A DNA stretch of 64,000 nt, taken from positions 2,503,275-2,567,274 of the forward strand of contig OW818690.1 of assembly GCA_942493315.1 (NCBI GenBank), written 5' to 3'. A program made the position numbers and the translations under genes. Source of the DNA: an uncultured Bacteroidota bacterium. Its GTDB lineage: Bacteria > Bacteroidota > Bacteroidia > Bacteroidales > WCHB1-69. The number at the start of each line of letters is the position of its first letter. Positions within the stretch are counted from its first letter, which is position 1. The notes under the pieces were generated by a model. The model worked only from the letters and a program-made list of their open reading frames with translations, was not told the DNA's origin and made no database searches. Below, one piece after another: positions 38,741 through 48,250 of this stretch.

Positions 38741-40741
38741 ATGAATATGAAAAGAGTCTATTTGAGATACCTGTTTTTGTTTTTAATCACATTCTTTTCA
38801 TACTCCAATTCTCTGACCTTAAACTATGCCCTGGATGATCGTTTGGTCATTTTTGAAAACGATTATACATTAAAGGGTTTTCAAGGTGTTGCAGATATTT
38901 TTTCTAAAGATTCCTTTTCCGGATATTTCGGACATACTAAAAATTTAGTGTCGGGTGGCCGGTACAGACCGTTTTCACAACTTACTTTTGTCGCTGAATA
39001 TGAGATGTTTGGAGGCGAACTTAAAAGTCAGGTTGGGTTTAATAAAGATCCTAAAAATGAAAAACTTTTTATGGATTCTAACTTGCCATGGATCAGTCAT
39101 TTGGTGAATGTTTTATTGTTTTTTATACTTCTGGTTTTTGTGAATAAAGTACTGGAAGTGTTTTTTAAAAAGTATGAAAATCAGAAATGGTATCTGTCTA
39201 TTCCTTTTTTGGCAACGCTGCTTTTTGCCTTACATCCCATTCATACGGAAGCGGTTACCAATATTAAAGGTAGAGATGAGATCTTAAGTATGTTGGGGGC
39301 TGTTCTATCTGTTTGGTTCTCTTTACAATATATTAAATCACACAAAATTGCTCCTCTGCTTTTTTCATTTTTATCTTTTACTATTGCCATTTTTTCTAAG
39401 GAAAATGCGATCACTTTTATTGCAGTTTTACCTTTAGTGTTTTATTTCGGATCACTTACAAACCATAAAAAAGATTATCTCATCGCTTTAATACCTCTGT
39501 TCTTAGGTACAATTCTGTTTCTGTATTTCAGATATAAAGCGTTAGGTGCTTTTATGGCTTCTGAAACCGATCCGAATATTTTGAACAATCCGTTTATCAA
39601 TTTCACTTTCTTTGAAAAATTGGCGACTATTTTGATTACCTGGGGCATCTACCTCAAATTGATGATTTTTCCTCATCCGTTAACCCACGATTACTATCCC
39701 AAACAAATTGCGATCACCGACTTTTCCAATCCTTTAGTATGGCTTATTTTAGCGGTTGTGCTATTCCTTTTGTATTGGGGTATTAAAAATCTAAAGAAAA
39801 AAAATATTCTTTCTTTTTCAATACTCTTTTTTGTGATCACATTCTCCATCACTTCCAATCTATTTTTCTCCGTTGGTACTTTAATGAACGAACGTTTTGT
39901 CTTTGTTCCATTACTTGGTTTTACAATTGCCTTTGCTTACCTAATCAAATTAATTGGAGAATCTAAAATGGCTAAAGTGAAACAATGGATACCGTTTATA
40001 GTTATTATCCCTGTATTATCCTTTTATTCCATCAAAACATTTGCCCGTAATTTTGACTGGAAAGATGATATCACCTTGTTTACCAACGATGTAAATATAT
40101 CAACCGAGAGTATCAAGTGTAATATTTCTGCTGCCGGTAGTTATTTAAAATTGTATAAGGAATCCCATAAAGCAAAAGATCTAAAATTAGCTAAAAAATA
40201 TTTGGACTATGCGTTGCGATTGGATCCAACCGCCTATAATGCGAATTTATTAATGGGTGAATACTATTTTATGGCAGAAGATTACCAGGCATCCTACAAT
40301 ATTTATAATCAGTTAGCACAAAATAACCCGCAAGATGAGATTGCAAAGCAAAATGTTCAAATTGTTTTGACCAAAATGGGGAGTGATCAATTGGATAAGA
40401 TTGCTGATATGATTGTTAAACAAGATGTTACAAATGCTTTTAAAGAGATTAATGCCATTTTGGCTCAAAATCCAAACAATCCCGATGCCTTAAGTTTAAA
40501 AGGAAAAATCTATGGCCAAGGGATGAATCAAATGGATAGTGCCCGATTATATTTTCATAAAGCACTGCAAATCAATCCAAACCATGTTTCTGCATTGGAA
40601 AACATGGGAGTGAGTTATGCCATTCAGGGAAAATTGGATCAAGCTCTGGAGTATTTATTAAAAGCTCAAAAATTGAACCCATCCAGTGAGTCGATCAATA
40701 AAAATATCGAAATGGTTCAAAAGAATAAAAATAAAAAATAG
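38741..40741 (+). CDS. Polytopic membrane protein with C-terminal TPR repeats (TMTC/DUF1736-like)
   Basis: Multiple TM segments; NERFVFVPLLGF block; C-terminal TPR repeats. Confidence 0.65.
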   Translation: MNMKRVYLRYLFLFLITFFSYSNSLTLNYALDDRLVIFENDYTLKGFQGVADIFSKDSFSGYFGHTKNLVSGGRYRPFSQLTFVAEYEMFGGELKSQVGFNKDPKNEKLFMDSNLPWISHLVNVLLFFILLVFVNKVLEVFFKKYENQKWYLSIPFLATLLFALHPIHTEAVTNIKGRDEILSMLGAVLSVWFSLQYIKSHKIAPLLFSFLSFTIAIFSKENAITFIAVLPLVFYFGSLTNHKKDYLIALIPLFLGTILFLYFRYKALGAFMASETDPNILNNPFINFTFFEKLATILITWGIYLKLMIFPHPLTHDYYPKQIAITDFSNPLVWLILAVVLFLLYWGIKNLKKKNILSFSILFFVITFSITSNLFFSVGTLMNERFVFVPLLGFTIAFAYLIKLIGESKMAKVKQWIPFIVIIPVLSFYSIKTFARNFDWKDDITLFTNDVNISTESIKCNISAAGSYLKLYKESHKAKDLKLAKKYLDYALRLDPTAYNANLLMGEYYFMAEDYQASYNIYNQLAQNNPQDEIAKQNVQIVLTKMGSDQLDKIADMIVKQDVTNAFKEINAILAQNPNNPDALSLKGKIYGQGMNQMDSARLYFHKALQINPNHVSALENMGVSYAIQGKLDQALEYLLKAQKLNPSSESINKNIEMVQKNKNKK

Positions 40742-40746
40742 ATTTT

Positions 40747-41427
40747 TTACAATTGCCAGTTAATGGGCTCTTTTCCTGCTTGAGTCAGTATTTCATTGAC
40801 CTTATTAAAGTGATTACATCCAAAAAAACCGTTGTATGCAGAAAAAGGGGAGGGGTGTGCCGCTTCTAAAATATGATGCTTTTCTGTATCAATTAACACT
40901 TTTTTGGCTTTTGCATAATTGCCCCAAAGTAAAAAAATGATCCCGCTTTTCTCTTCTGATATTTTGGTGATCACACTATCGGTAAATATTTCCCAACCTT
41001 TATTTTGGTGAGATCCCGGTTGATGTGCCCGAACGGTAAGGATTGCATTGAGCATTAAAACCCCTTGCTGAGCCCATTTTTCTAAGTTCCCGCTTTGGGG
41101 AATCTCAAAAGGCATCTCCTCCTTGAGCTCTTTAAAGATGTTTTGTAATGATTTGGGAATCGGTGTTCCATCGGTAACTGAAAAACATAATCCATGCGCT
41201 TGCCCTGTGTTATGATACGGATCCTGCCCAATAATCACCACTTTGACCTGATCAAAAGGGGCGAGATTGAAGGCATTAAAAATTTGGGGACCCGGAGGAT
41301 ATATGGTGTGCTCTTTTTTCTCTTCTAAAAGAAAATTTTTAAGTTCCAGAAAATAAGGCGCATGAAATTGATCCAATAAGATCTCTTTCCAGGAGTTTTC
41401 AATAGTGGGATTAATCATAAACAGCAA
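40747..41427 (-). CDS. ung: Uracil-DNA glycosylase
   Basis: GQDPYH, GVLMLN and HPSPFSA motifs. Confidence 0.9.
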   Translation of the reverse strand: MLFMINPTIENSWKEILLDQFHAPYFLELKNFLLEEKKEHTIYPPGPQIFNAFNLAPFDQVKVVIIGQDPYHNTGQAHGLCFSVTDGTPIPKSLQNIFKELKEEMPFEIPQSGNLEKWAQQGVLMLNAILTVRAHQPGSHQNKGWEIFTDSVITKISEEKSGIIFLLWGNYAKAKKVLIDTEKHHILEAAHPSPFSAYNGFFGCNHFNKVNEILTQAGKEPINWQL

Positions 41428-41491
41428 TTTTGAATTACAAAATTACACAAATTTTTTCATTGATTCTGTATTTTTAAGTCTCAAAAAATCG

Positions 41492-41499
41492 TAATTTTG
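41492..41499 (+). promoter_or_regulatory. Bacteroidota-type -7 box TAATTTTG
   Basis: 18 nt upstream of the ATG at 41517. Confidence 0.55.
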
Positions 41500-41516
41500 C
41501 AACCTAATTTTAAAAT

Positions 41517-43604
41517 ATGGCTTTACTTACAGAATATTCTATTTGGTATACCTTCCTCTGTCTCCTGTTAGGTGCCGCTTTTTCACTTGTTTTATATTAT
41601 AAAAACAAGGATATTGTCTTCGGGAAAAGAAACCAAATCATTTTATATATTCTCAGAGGCTTATCCATTAGTTTAATTGCTTTCCTTTTTTTAGGTCCAC
41701 TTACTAAAATGAAACTCAAAAAAAAAGAGAAACCAATCCTCGTTTTTGCTGTTGATAACTCCGAATCTCTCATTTCTGCAGGAAATACAGTGTTTAATAA
41801 AGATCAGTTTTTGAAACAATATGAACAATTAAAATCAAAATTTGGTCAAAAATATGAAGTGGTTCAATATTCTATTGGAGATGAAGCCAAACCGTTAATG
41901 GAAAATAAATTTGATTTTACCGATAAATCAACCCAGTTTTCTGACTTTTTTGAAGAGTTAAATACAATCTATACCAATAGAAATGTAGGAGCGGTTATTT
42001 TTTTTAGTGATGGAATTTATAACAAAGGATCAAACCCCATCTATCAGCTTAAAGGGGCTAAATATCCCGTTTACGCTGTAGGTTTGGGAAATACAAACCA
42101 GGCAACAGATCTTCTTATAGCTGACATTATACATAATAAACAAACTTTTAAAGGAAACGATTTTCCGGTTGAGATCAAAATTGCAGCTCATAAATTAAAA
42201 GGGAAAAATTACACCCTGTCGGTTTTTGATGGGAATAATGAAATTTTTAAATCTGCAAACTCGATAAATTCAAATCAATATTTTGAAACTTTTAAAACAA
42301 CGATCAAGGCTCAATCAATGGGAATGAAGAAGTATAAGGTTGTTTTAACACAATTAGAAGGGGAGATCACCTATAAAAATAATGTGGCATCCTTTTTTAT
42401 TGAAGTGATTGATCAAAAAGAGAAAATTGCAATTATTTATAATGGTCCACATCCAGATATTGCAGCGATCAAATCTGCTTTAGATTTGTCTGATAAATAT
42501 ATTGTAGAACAATTTGCTGTGGATCAGTTTAAAGGCTCGACACAACCTTATTCGTTGGTTATTCTTCACCAGTTACCCTCTGTTACAAACCCTGCTCAAG
42601 CCATTTTAAATGAAATTCAAAAGAATAAAACAAGCACCCTTTTTATTTTAGGACCCAAAACAAATTATTCGCTTTTCAATAATTTAAAATTTGGAGTTGC
42701 GATCAATAAAAATAAGGAATTAACCAATGAATCTTTGCCTTTGTATAATGAAAATTTTGTAACATTTTCATTTTCTGAAAGTTCTAAAAAAATGATTCCC
42801 AAATTTCCACCCATCATTACCCCTTTTGGTGATTATAATATGACTATTGGAACCAATGTTTTTATGTATCAAAAGATTGCCGGTGTGAATACAAATTATC
42901 CATTAATCGTTTTTGGAGGAACCAATGGAATAAAAACTGGAGTGATTGCCGGTTCAGGAATATGGCAGTGGAAAGTGTATAACCATTTGTATGAGAATAA
43001 TTTTGATGTTTTTAATGAAATTGTGAATAAAATAGTCCTGTTTTTATCGGTTAAAAATGACAAGAGTTATTTTAGAGTTTTATCTAAAAATGTTTACAAT
43101 GAGAATGAATCGATTCAAATGGATGCAGAGTTGTATAATGAAAGTTATGAGCTGATCAATAGTTCAGATCTTAATATGACTTTTAAATCATCTGATGGAA
43201 AATCATACACCGCTCAGTTTTCTAAAGAAAATAATGCGTATCATTTGAATTTAGGGGAACTACCGCCCAGCGATTATACCTGGACTGCAACCACACAATT
43301 AGGCCAAAATAAATATGCTAAAACCGGAGCCTTTTCAGTTAGGGAGTTAGTGACTGAAACTCAAAATTTAGTGGCCAATCATGGACTTTTAAAATCTTTA
43401 TCTGAAAATACCAATGGACAATTTTTTCTCCAAAAAGATATGGATAAGATTGAAAACGCTATAAAAAATAATGAGAATATCAAAACAATTGCCGTTTATG
43501 ATTCATCCTACCATTTTTTATTGAATTCATACTTATATTTTATATGTATCATGGTATTGTTAGCGATTGAATGGTTTATCAGAAAATGGAATGGAGGATA
43601 TTAA
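41517..43604 (+). CDS. Large hypothetical membrane protein (TM segments at both ends)
   Basis: Long ORF paired with the downstream DUF4159-like gene. Confidence 0.5.
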   Translation: MALLTEYSIWYTFLCLLLGAAFSLVLYYKNKDIVFGKRNQIILYILRGLSISLIAFLFLGPLTKMKLKKKEKPILVFAVDNSESLISAGNTVFNKDQFLKQYEQLKSKFGQKYEVVQYSIGDEAKPLMENKFDFTDKSTQFSDFFEELNTIYTNRNVGAVIFFSDGIYNKGSNPIYQLKGAKYPVYAVGLGNTNQATDLLIADIIHNKQTFKGNDFPVEIKIAAHKLKGKNYTLSVFDGNNEIFKSANSINSNQYFETFKTTIKAQSMGMKKYKVVLTQLEGEITYKNNVASFFIEVIDQKEKIAIIYNGPHPDIAAIKSALDLSDKYIVEQFAVDQFKGSTQPYSLVILHQLPSVTNPAQAILNEIQKNKTSTLFILGPKTNYSLFNNLKFGVAINKNKELTNESLPLYNENFVTFSFSESSKKMIPKFPPIITPFGDYNMTIGTNVFMYQKIAGVNTNYPLIVFGGTNGIKTGVIAGSGIWQWKVYNHLYENNFDVFNEIVNKIVLFLSVKNDKSYFRVLSKNVYNENESIQMDAELYNESYELINSSDLNMTFKSSDGKSYTAQFSKENNAYHLNLGELPPSDYTWTATTQLGQNKYAKTGAFSVRELVTETQNLVANHGLLKSLSENTNGQFFLQKDMDKIENAIKNNENIKTIAVYDSSYHFLLNSYLYFICIMVLLAIEWFIRKWNGGY

Positions 43605-43611
43605 TAGAAAA

Positions 43612-44262
43612 ATGAATATGAAAAAATATATAATAGGTTTATTTTTAATAAGTTTGTGTTTTTTTGGATCAACACAAACGATTGCATTGGTGAAATATAA
43701 TGGGGGAGGGGACTGGTATGCCAATCCAACGTCATTGACCAATTTAATCGCTTTTTGCAATAAAAATCTGGATATGACTTTAACGCCCAAATACGAAACT
43801 GTAGAAGTGGGTAGTGTTGAGTTGTATAAATATCCCTTTTTACATTTAACAGGTCACGGAAATGTAACATTCAGTGCAGAAGAAGCCACCAATCTAAGAA
43901 ACTATTTGATTTCCGGTGGGTTTTTGCATGTTGATGATAACTATGGGATTGACAAATTTATCAGAGCGCAAATGAAAGTGGTGTTTCCGGAACTGGAATG
44001 GGTTGAATTACCTTACAATCATACTGTTTTTAGCTCTAAGTATAGTTTTCCCAATGGACTTCCAAAGATTCATGAGCATGACAATAAACCACCTCAGGCT
44101 TATGGATTGTTTTGGGAGGGTCGATTGGTTTGTTTGTACACTTATGAATGTGACTTGGGTGATGGTTGGGAAAATCAGGAAGTACATCACGATTCTGAGG
44201 CAATACGACTAAAAGCTTTACAAATGGGGGCAAATATTTTAAAATATGTGTTTACACAATAA
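43612..44262 (+). CDS. DUF4159-like secreted protein
   Basis: Signal peptide from the Met at 43612/43618; YNGGGDWYANPT and LTGHG blocks as I recall for this family. Confidence 0.55.
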   Translation: MNMKKYIIGLFLISLCFFGSTQTIALVKYNGGGDWYANPTSLTNLIAFCNKNLDMTLTPKYETVEVGSVELYKYPFLHLTGHGNVTFSAEEATNLRNYLISGGFLHVDDNYGIDKFIRAQMKVVFPELEWVELPYNHTVFSSKYSFPNGLPKIHEHDNKPPQAYGLFWEGRLVCLYTYECDLGDGWENQEVHHDSEAIRLKALQMGANILKYVFTQ

Positions 44263-44272
44263 ATAATTTTCT

Positions 44273-44280
44273 TATATTTG
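44273..44280 (+). promoter_or_regulatory. Bacteroidota-type -7 box TATATTTG
   Basis: 70 nt upstream of the rnfD ATG. Confidence 0.5.
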
Positions 44281-44349
44281 CAGGCCCATTTATGGGACAA
44301 TTAAAAACCTAAAGTTCTTCAATTTTATAGTTCTAACTCATTCATTATT

Positions 44350-45333
44350 ATGAATAATCGTTTATTACAAATTTCCGGCTCACCTCACGTACATAGCGGC
44401 GAATCGGTAAAAAAAATTATGTGGGCTGTCATTTTTGCATTAGTTCCTGCATTTTTAGTATCGATTTACTTCTTTGGATTGCCGGTAATTTTGATTACGG
44501 CTGTTGCCATTGGTAGTTGTTTGTTGTTTGAATATCTGATTCAACGTTTTTTACTAAAAGGAGAATCAACAATTGGCAACGGATCAGCTATTCTAACCGG
44601 ACTATTGTTAGCTTTTAACTTACCTTCTTCCTTACCATTACATTGGGTCGTTATGGGCTCACTTTTTGCTATTGGTGTTGGTAAAATGGCTTTTGGAGGA
44701 TTAGGTAACAATCCTTTCAACCCGGCTTTATTAGGTCGTGTATTTTTATTGATCTCCAGACCGGTTGATATGACCACCTGGCCTAAACCTTCTCCAATTT
44801 GGAATTTAGGTGCAGATATGGTTACAGGGCCAACTCCTCTCGGTATTTTAAAAGAGGGTCTTAAAAATGGTGAAAAATTGGATGCAATCCAACTTCCAAA
44901 TTATGTTGATATGCTTTTTGGTAATATGGGTGGTTCTTTTGGAGAAGTTTCTGTTATTGCATTGCTTTTAGGAGCAGGATTTTTATTCTATAAAAAAATA
45001 TTAACCTGGCACATACCGGTATCATTTGTACTTTCTGCTTTTATCTTTGCAGGGATTTTAAATTTAGTTGATCCAACTACTTATGTGAACCCATTCTTCC
45101 ATTTAGTAACCGGTGGTTTAATCTTAGGTGCATTTTATATGGCCACTGATATGGTCACCTCACCAGTATCTCCCGTTGGGATGATCATTTTTGGTGTTGG
45201 GTGCGGTGTTCTGACCATCCTGATTCGTGTTTTTGGTGCGTATCCGGAAGGAGTATCTTTTGCTATTCTTCTTATGAATGCTGTTACTCCGCTTATTAAT
45301 AAAGGGTTCAAACCCAAAAGATTTGGAAATTAA
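44350..45333 (+). CDS. rnfD: Rnf electron transport complex subunit D
   Basis: SGSPHVHS N-terminus; polytopic; YMATDMVTSP FMN-attachment region; 327 aa (Rnf-sized rather than NqrB-sized). Confidence 0.9.
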   Translation: MNNRLLQISGSPHVHSGESVKKIMWAVIFALVPAFLVSIYFFGLPVILITAVAIGSCLLFEYLIQRFLLKGESTIGNGSAILTGLLLAFNLPSSLPLHWVVMGSLFAIGVGKMAFGGLGNNPFNPALLGRVFLLISRPVDMTTWPKPSPIWNLGADMVTGPTPLGILKEGLKNGEKLDAIQLPNYVDMLFGNMGGSFGEVSVIALLLGAGFLFYKKILTWHIPVSFVLSAFIFAGILNLVDPTTYVNPFFHLVTGGLILGAFYMATDMVTSPVSPVGMIIFGVGCGVLTILIRVFGAYPEGVSFAILLMNAVTPLINKGFKPKRFGN

Positions 45334-45362
45334 TTGTCTAATTGACTAAATAAATATAGATC

Positions 45363-45992
45363 ATGGCTAAAAAAGAATCGTCATTTTTAAAATTGGTTCT
45401 CTCTTTAACACTCATTACAGTGGTTGCTGCTGCAGCATTAGCAGCTGTTTATACTGTAACTAAAGAACCAATAGCACAATCCATCTTAGATAAAAAGAAT
45501 AAAGCCATTCAACTTGTTCTCCCTGGTTTTGATGCTCAAAAGGGTACAATTGAACAGCAAAAAGTCTTAATTAACGGCGAACCGGATTCCCTCACATTAT
45601 ATGTAGCTACAATGAATAACACACTATTCGGAATGGCTGTTGAAACTTACACAATGAAAGCTTTCTCAGGTAGATTCGATATTATGGTTGGATTTGATTC
45701 CAAAGGTAAAATCTTAGGATCCGAAGTCCTTAAAGCAAACGAAACTCCTGGTCTTGGTGATAAAATAGATAAAAAGAAACACAATTTTTCATTACAATTT
45801 AATGGTAAAACATTACCTGATTTTAAATTAAAAGTTAAAAAAGACGAAGGTGATGTGGATGCCATTACTGCTGCCACGATCTCATCAAAAGCATATTGTA
45901 ACGCCATTGAAAATGCTTTTGAAGCATATAAAATGGTGATCGAAAAATACAATACTCCCAATTCCATTGATTCAACACAAACAACTAAATAG
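45363..45992 (+). CDS. rnfG: Rnf complex subunit G
   Basis: N-terminal TM segment; VDAITAATISS FMN-binding motif. Confidence 0.9.
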   Translation: MAKKESSFLKLVLSLTLITVVAAAALAAVYTVTKEPIAQSILDKKNKAIQLVLPGFDAQKGTIEQQKVLINGEPDSLTLYVATMNNTLFGMAVETYTMKAFSGRFDIMVGFDSKGKILGSEVLKANETPGLGDKIDKKKHNFSLQFNGKTLPDFKLKVKKDEGDVDAITAATISSKAYCNAIENAFEAYKMVIEKYNTPNSIDSTQTTK

Positions 45993-46004
45993 GAGGAATT
46001 TAAA

Positions 46005-46592
46005 ATGAGTAAATTAAAAGTTTTAACCAACGGTTTTATAAAAGAAAATCCTGTTTTTGTTCTTGTTCTAGGAACTTGTCCTACCTTAGCCGTAACTACC
46101 TCTGCCAATAATGCTGTTGGTATGGGATTAGCTGCTGCTTTTGTTATCATCATGTCTAACGTCATCATCTCCTTACTTAGACCTGTTACTCCTAATGAAG
46201 TTCGGATTCCAATCTATATTGTTGTTATCGCAACTTTCGTGTCCATTGTTGATTATGTGCTTCAAGCTTATGTTCCCGCTCTTGCCGAAAGTTTGGGTAT
46301 CTTTATCCCACTGATCGTTGTAAACTGTATCGTTCTAGGACGTGCTGAAGCATTTGCAGGAAAAAACAATGTTTTTGATTCCTTATTAGATGGTATTGGT
46401 ATGGGAATTGGCTTTACATTGGCTTTATTGATTATCAGCACCGTTCGTGAAATTCTTGGAAATGCATCCTATTTTGGAGCTACCATTAAACCATTGGTTG
46501 GTAATGAAATGCTTATTTTCGTTCTCGCTCCAGGTGCATTTATTGTTTTTGGTTTTATTATCGCCCTTGTAAGAGCTCTTCAAAAAAAATAA
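46005..46592 (+). CDS. rnfE: Rnf complex subunit E
   Basis: NPVFVLVLGTCPTLAVT and LIVVNCIVLGRAEAFA motifs. Confidence 0.9.
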   Translation: MSKLKVLTNGFIKENPVFVLVLGTCPTLAVTTSANNAVGMGLAAAFVIIMSNVIISLLRPVTPNEVRIPIYIVVIATFVSIVDYVLQAYVPALAESLGIFIPLIVVNCIVLGRAEAFAGKNNVFDSLLDGIGMGIGFTLALLIISTVREILGNASYFGATIKPLVGNEMLIFVLAPGAFIVFGFIIALVRALQKK

Positions 46593-46609
46593 TTGAAAAT
46601 ATTTGAATT

Positions 46610-47188
46610 ATGGAATATATTATAATGATTATTAGTGCTATCCTTGTTAATAACATTCTTTTAGCACAATTTCTCGGAACTTGCCCTTTTATTGGAGTTT
46701 CTAATAAAATTTCTACTGCATTAGGAATGGCCATTGCCGTAATTTTTGTTATGACTTTGGCTACTTTAGTAACATCTGTTATTAATAAATATTTTTTAGT
46801 ACAACTCGAAATTACCTTTTTGCAAACCATAACCTATATTTTAGTTATTGCAGCTTTAGTTCAAATGGTTGAGATGATTTTGAAGAAAATAAGTCCTCCC
46901 TTATATCAGGCTTTAGGTGTATATTTACCTTTAATTACAACCAACTGCGCTGTATTAGGTGTTGCCTTATTGGTAACCAAAAATCACATGACCATCATTG
47001 ATGGAACACTATATACCATGTTCAGTGCTACTGGTTTTGGCGTTGCAATCCTGATTTTTGCGGGGATTAGAGAACAACTTAATCTTGTAAAAATCCCAAA
47101 AGGGATGCAAGGAGTTCCCATCGCTTTAGTGCTTGCCGGAATTTTGGCCATGGCCTTTATGGGTTTTGCCAATATGGTGAAAATGTAA
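46610..47188 (+). CDS. rnfA: Rnf complex subunit A
   Basis: NNILLAQFLGTCPFIGVS and LITTNCAVLG motifs. Confidence 0.9.
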   Translation: MEYIIMIISAILVNNILLAQFLGTCPFIGVSNKISTALGMAIAVIFVMTLATLVTSVINKYFLVQLEITFLQTITYILVIAALVQMVEMILKKISPPLYQALGVYLPLITTNCAVLGVALLVTKNHMTIIDGTLYTMFSATGFGVAILIFAGIREQLNLVKIPKGMQGVPIALVLAGILAMAFMGFANMVKM

Positions 47189-47191
47189 AAA

Positions 47192-48214
47192 TCAAAAGCT
47201 CTTTCCAAAGAAATGTTGTATCTCACAAAGATTGTGTTTCTTTAAAGCTCGTAATGGCTCCGAACTGCAAAGTAAGATTCTTTTTATCATCGGACTCAAT
47301 AACAATGCCCCATATTTTTCATACCATGGAATCGATTGTTCCAGATTCCTAAAATAGCTTTCAATGGTGTCTCTCCTGAAATGTAAGATCTCTTCCAGTT
47401 GATCTCCATCAGTGAAATATCCGCAATGAAAGTTCCGGGTCGCAAATGCTTCTTCAGGGAAATTAAACTTACCTAACCCATAACATTGAAACGATCTTTC
47501 TATAAAGCTACGATAATCAATCCTGCATTGTTCACCACCGCTGAGATTGTAAATGTTCCCTTTTAAAGCTGTTGTATGATCCAACGCATTTCGTAATGCT
47601 AAAGCAGTGTCTTTGGGCGTACAGAGCTCAATAGGCGTGTTTAACGGCATGTGAAACATGATGGCACCCATCTTATGATTCCGGTAACCCATAATCGCTG
47701 TTAACCGGAATATTGTCCAATCAATTTTGGATTGTTGTATCATTTTTTCTACTTCTACTTTCGTCTTTCCATATTCATCCCGATCACTCGGACAAAGTGT
47801 GTCCTGGACTGAAATATATGGATTCTTGACACGATCTCCATAAACCGATACAGAGGAAGAATAGAGGAGAAAAGGTCGCTCTGCACTTTTTTCAATCGCT
47901 TTAATGATGTTTCCGGTGCCCAGTACATTTACCTGATGGGCTAATACCGGATGCTGATCGGCTAATGGCGGAATAATGGCTGCCAGATGGATCACAAAAT
48001 TCTGATGCTGTACCACTTTTTGTACATCATCATATTGTCTGATGTCACCATACTTGATCTGTATTTGTGAACCTAAAGATTGATAAAACCGAACATTTTT
48101 AGGGCTTTTCAAATCAAAACAAGTGATTTGAAAGGTGGAATCTTTCAATAATAATGGAATCAATTCACGACCAACCGTGCCTGAACCGCCTGTGATTAAT
48201 ATTTTTGTTTTCAT
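47192..48214 (-). CDS. NAD-dependent epimerase/dehydratase-family (SDR) protein
   Basis: ILITGGSGTVG Rossmann motif from the Met at 48214; YGKTK catalytic motif. Confidence 0.8.
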   Translation of the reverse strand: MKTKILITGGSGTVGRELIPLLLKDSTFQITCFDLKSPKNVRFYQSLGSQIQIKYGDIRQYDDVQKVVQHQNFVIHLAAIIPPLADQHPVLAHQVNVLGTGNIIKAIEKSAERPFLLYSSSVSVYGDRVKNPYISVQDTLCPSDRDEYGKTKVEVEKMIQQSKIDWTIFRLTAIMGYRNHKMGAIMFHMPLNTPIELCTPKDTALALRNALDHTTALKGNIYNLSGGEQCRIDYRSFIERSFQCYGLGKFNFPEEAFATRNFHCGYFTDGDQLEEILHFRRDTIESYFRNLEQSIPWYEKYGALLLSPMIKRILLCSSEPLRALKKHNLCEIQHFFGKSF

Positions 48215-48250
48215 GAAAACGATATTAATCAGAACGGAAAAAATCACTTT

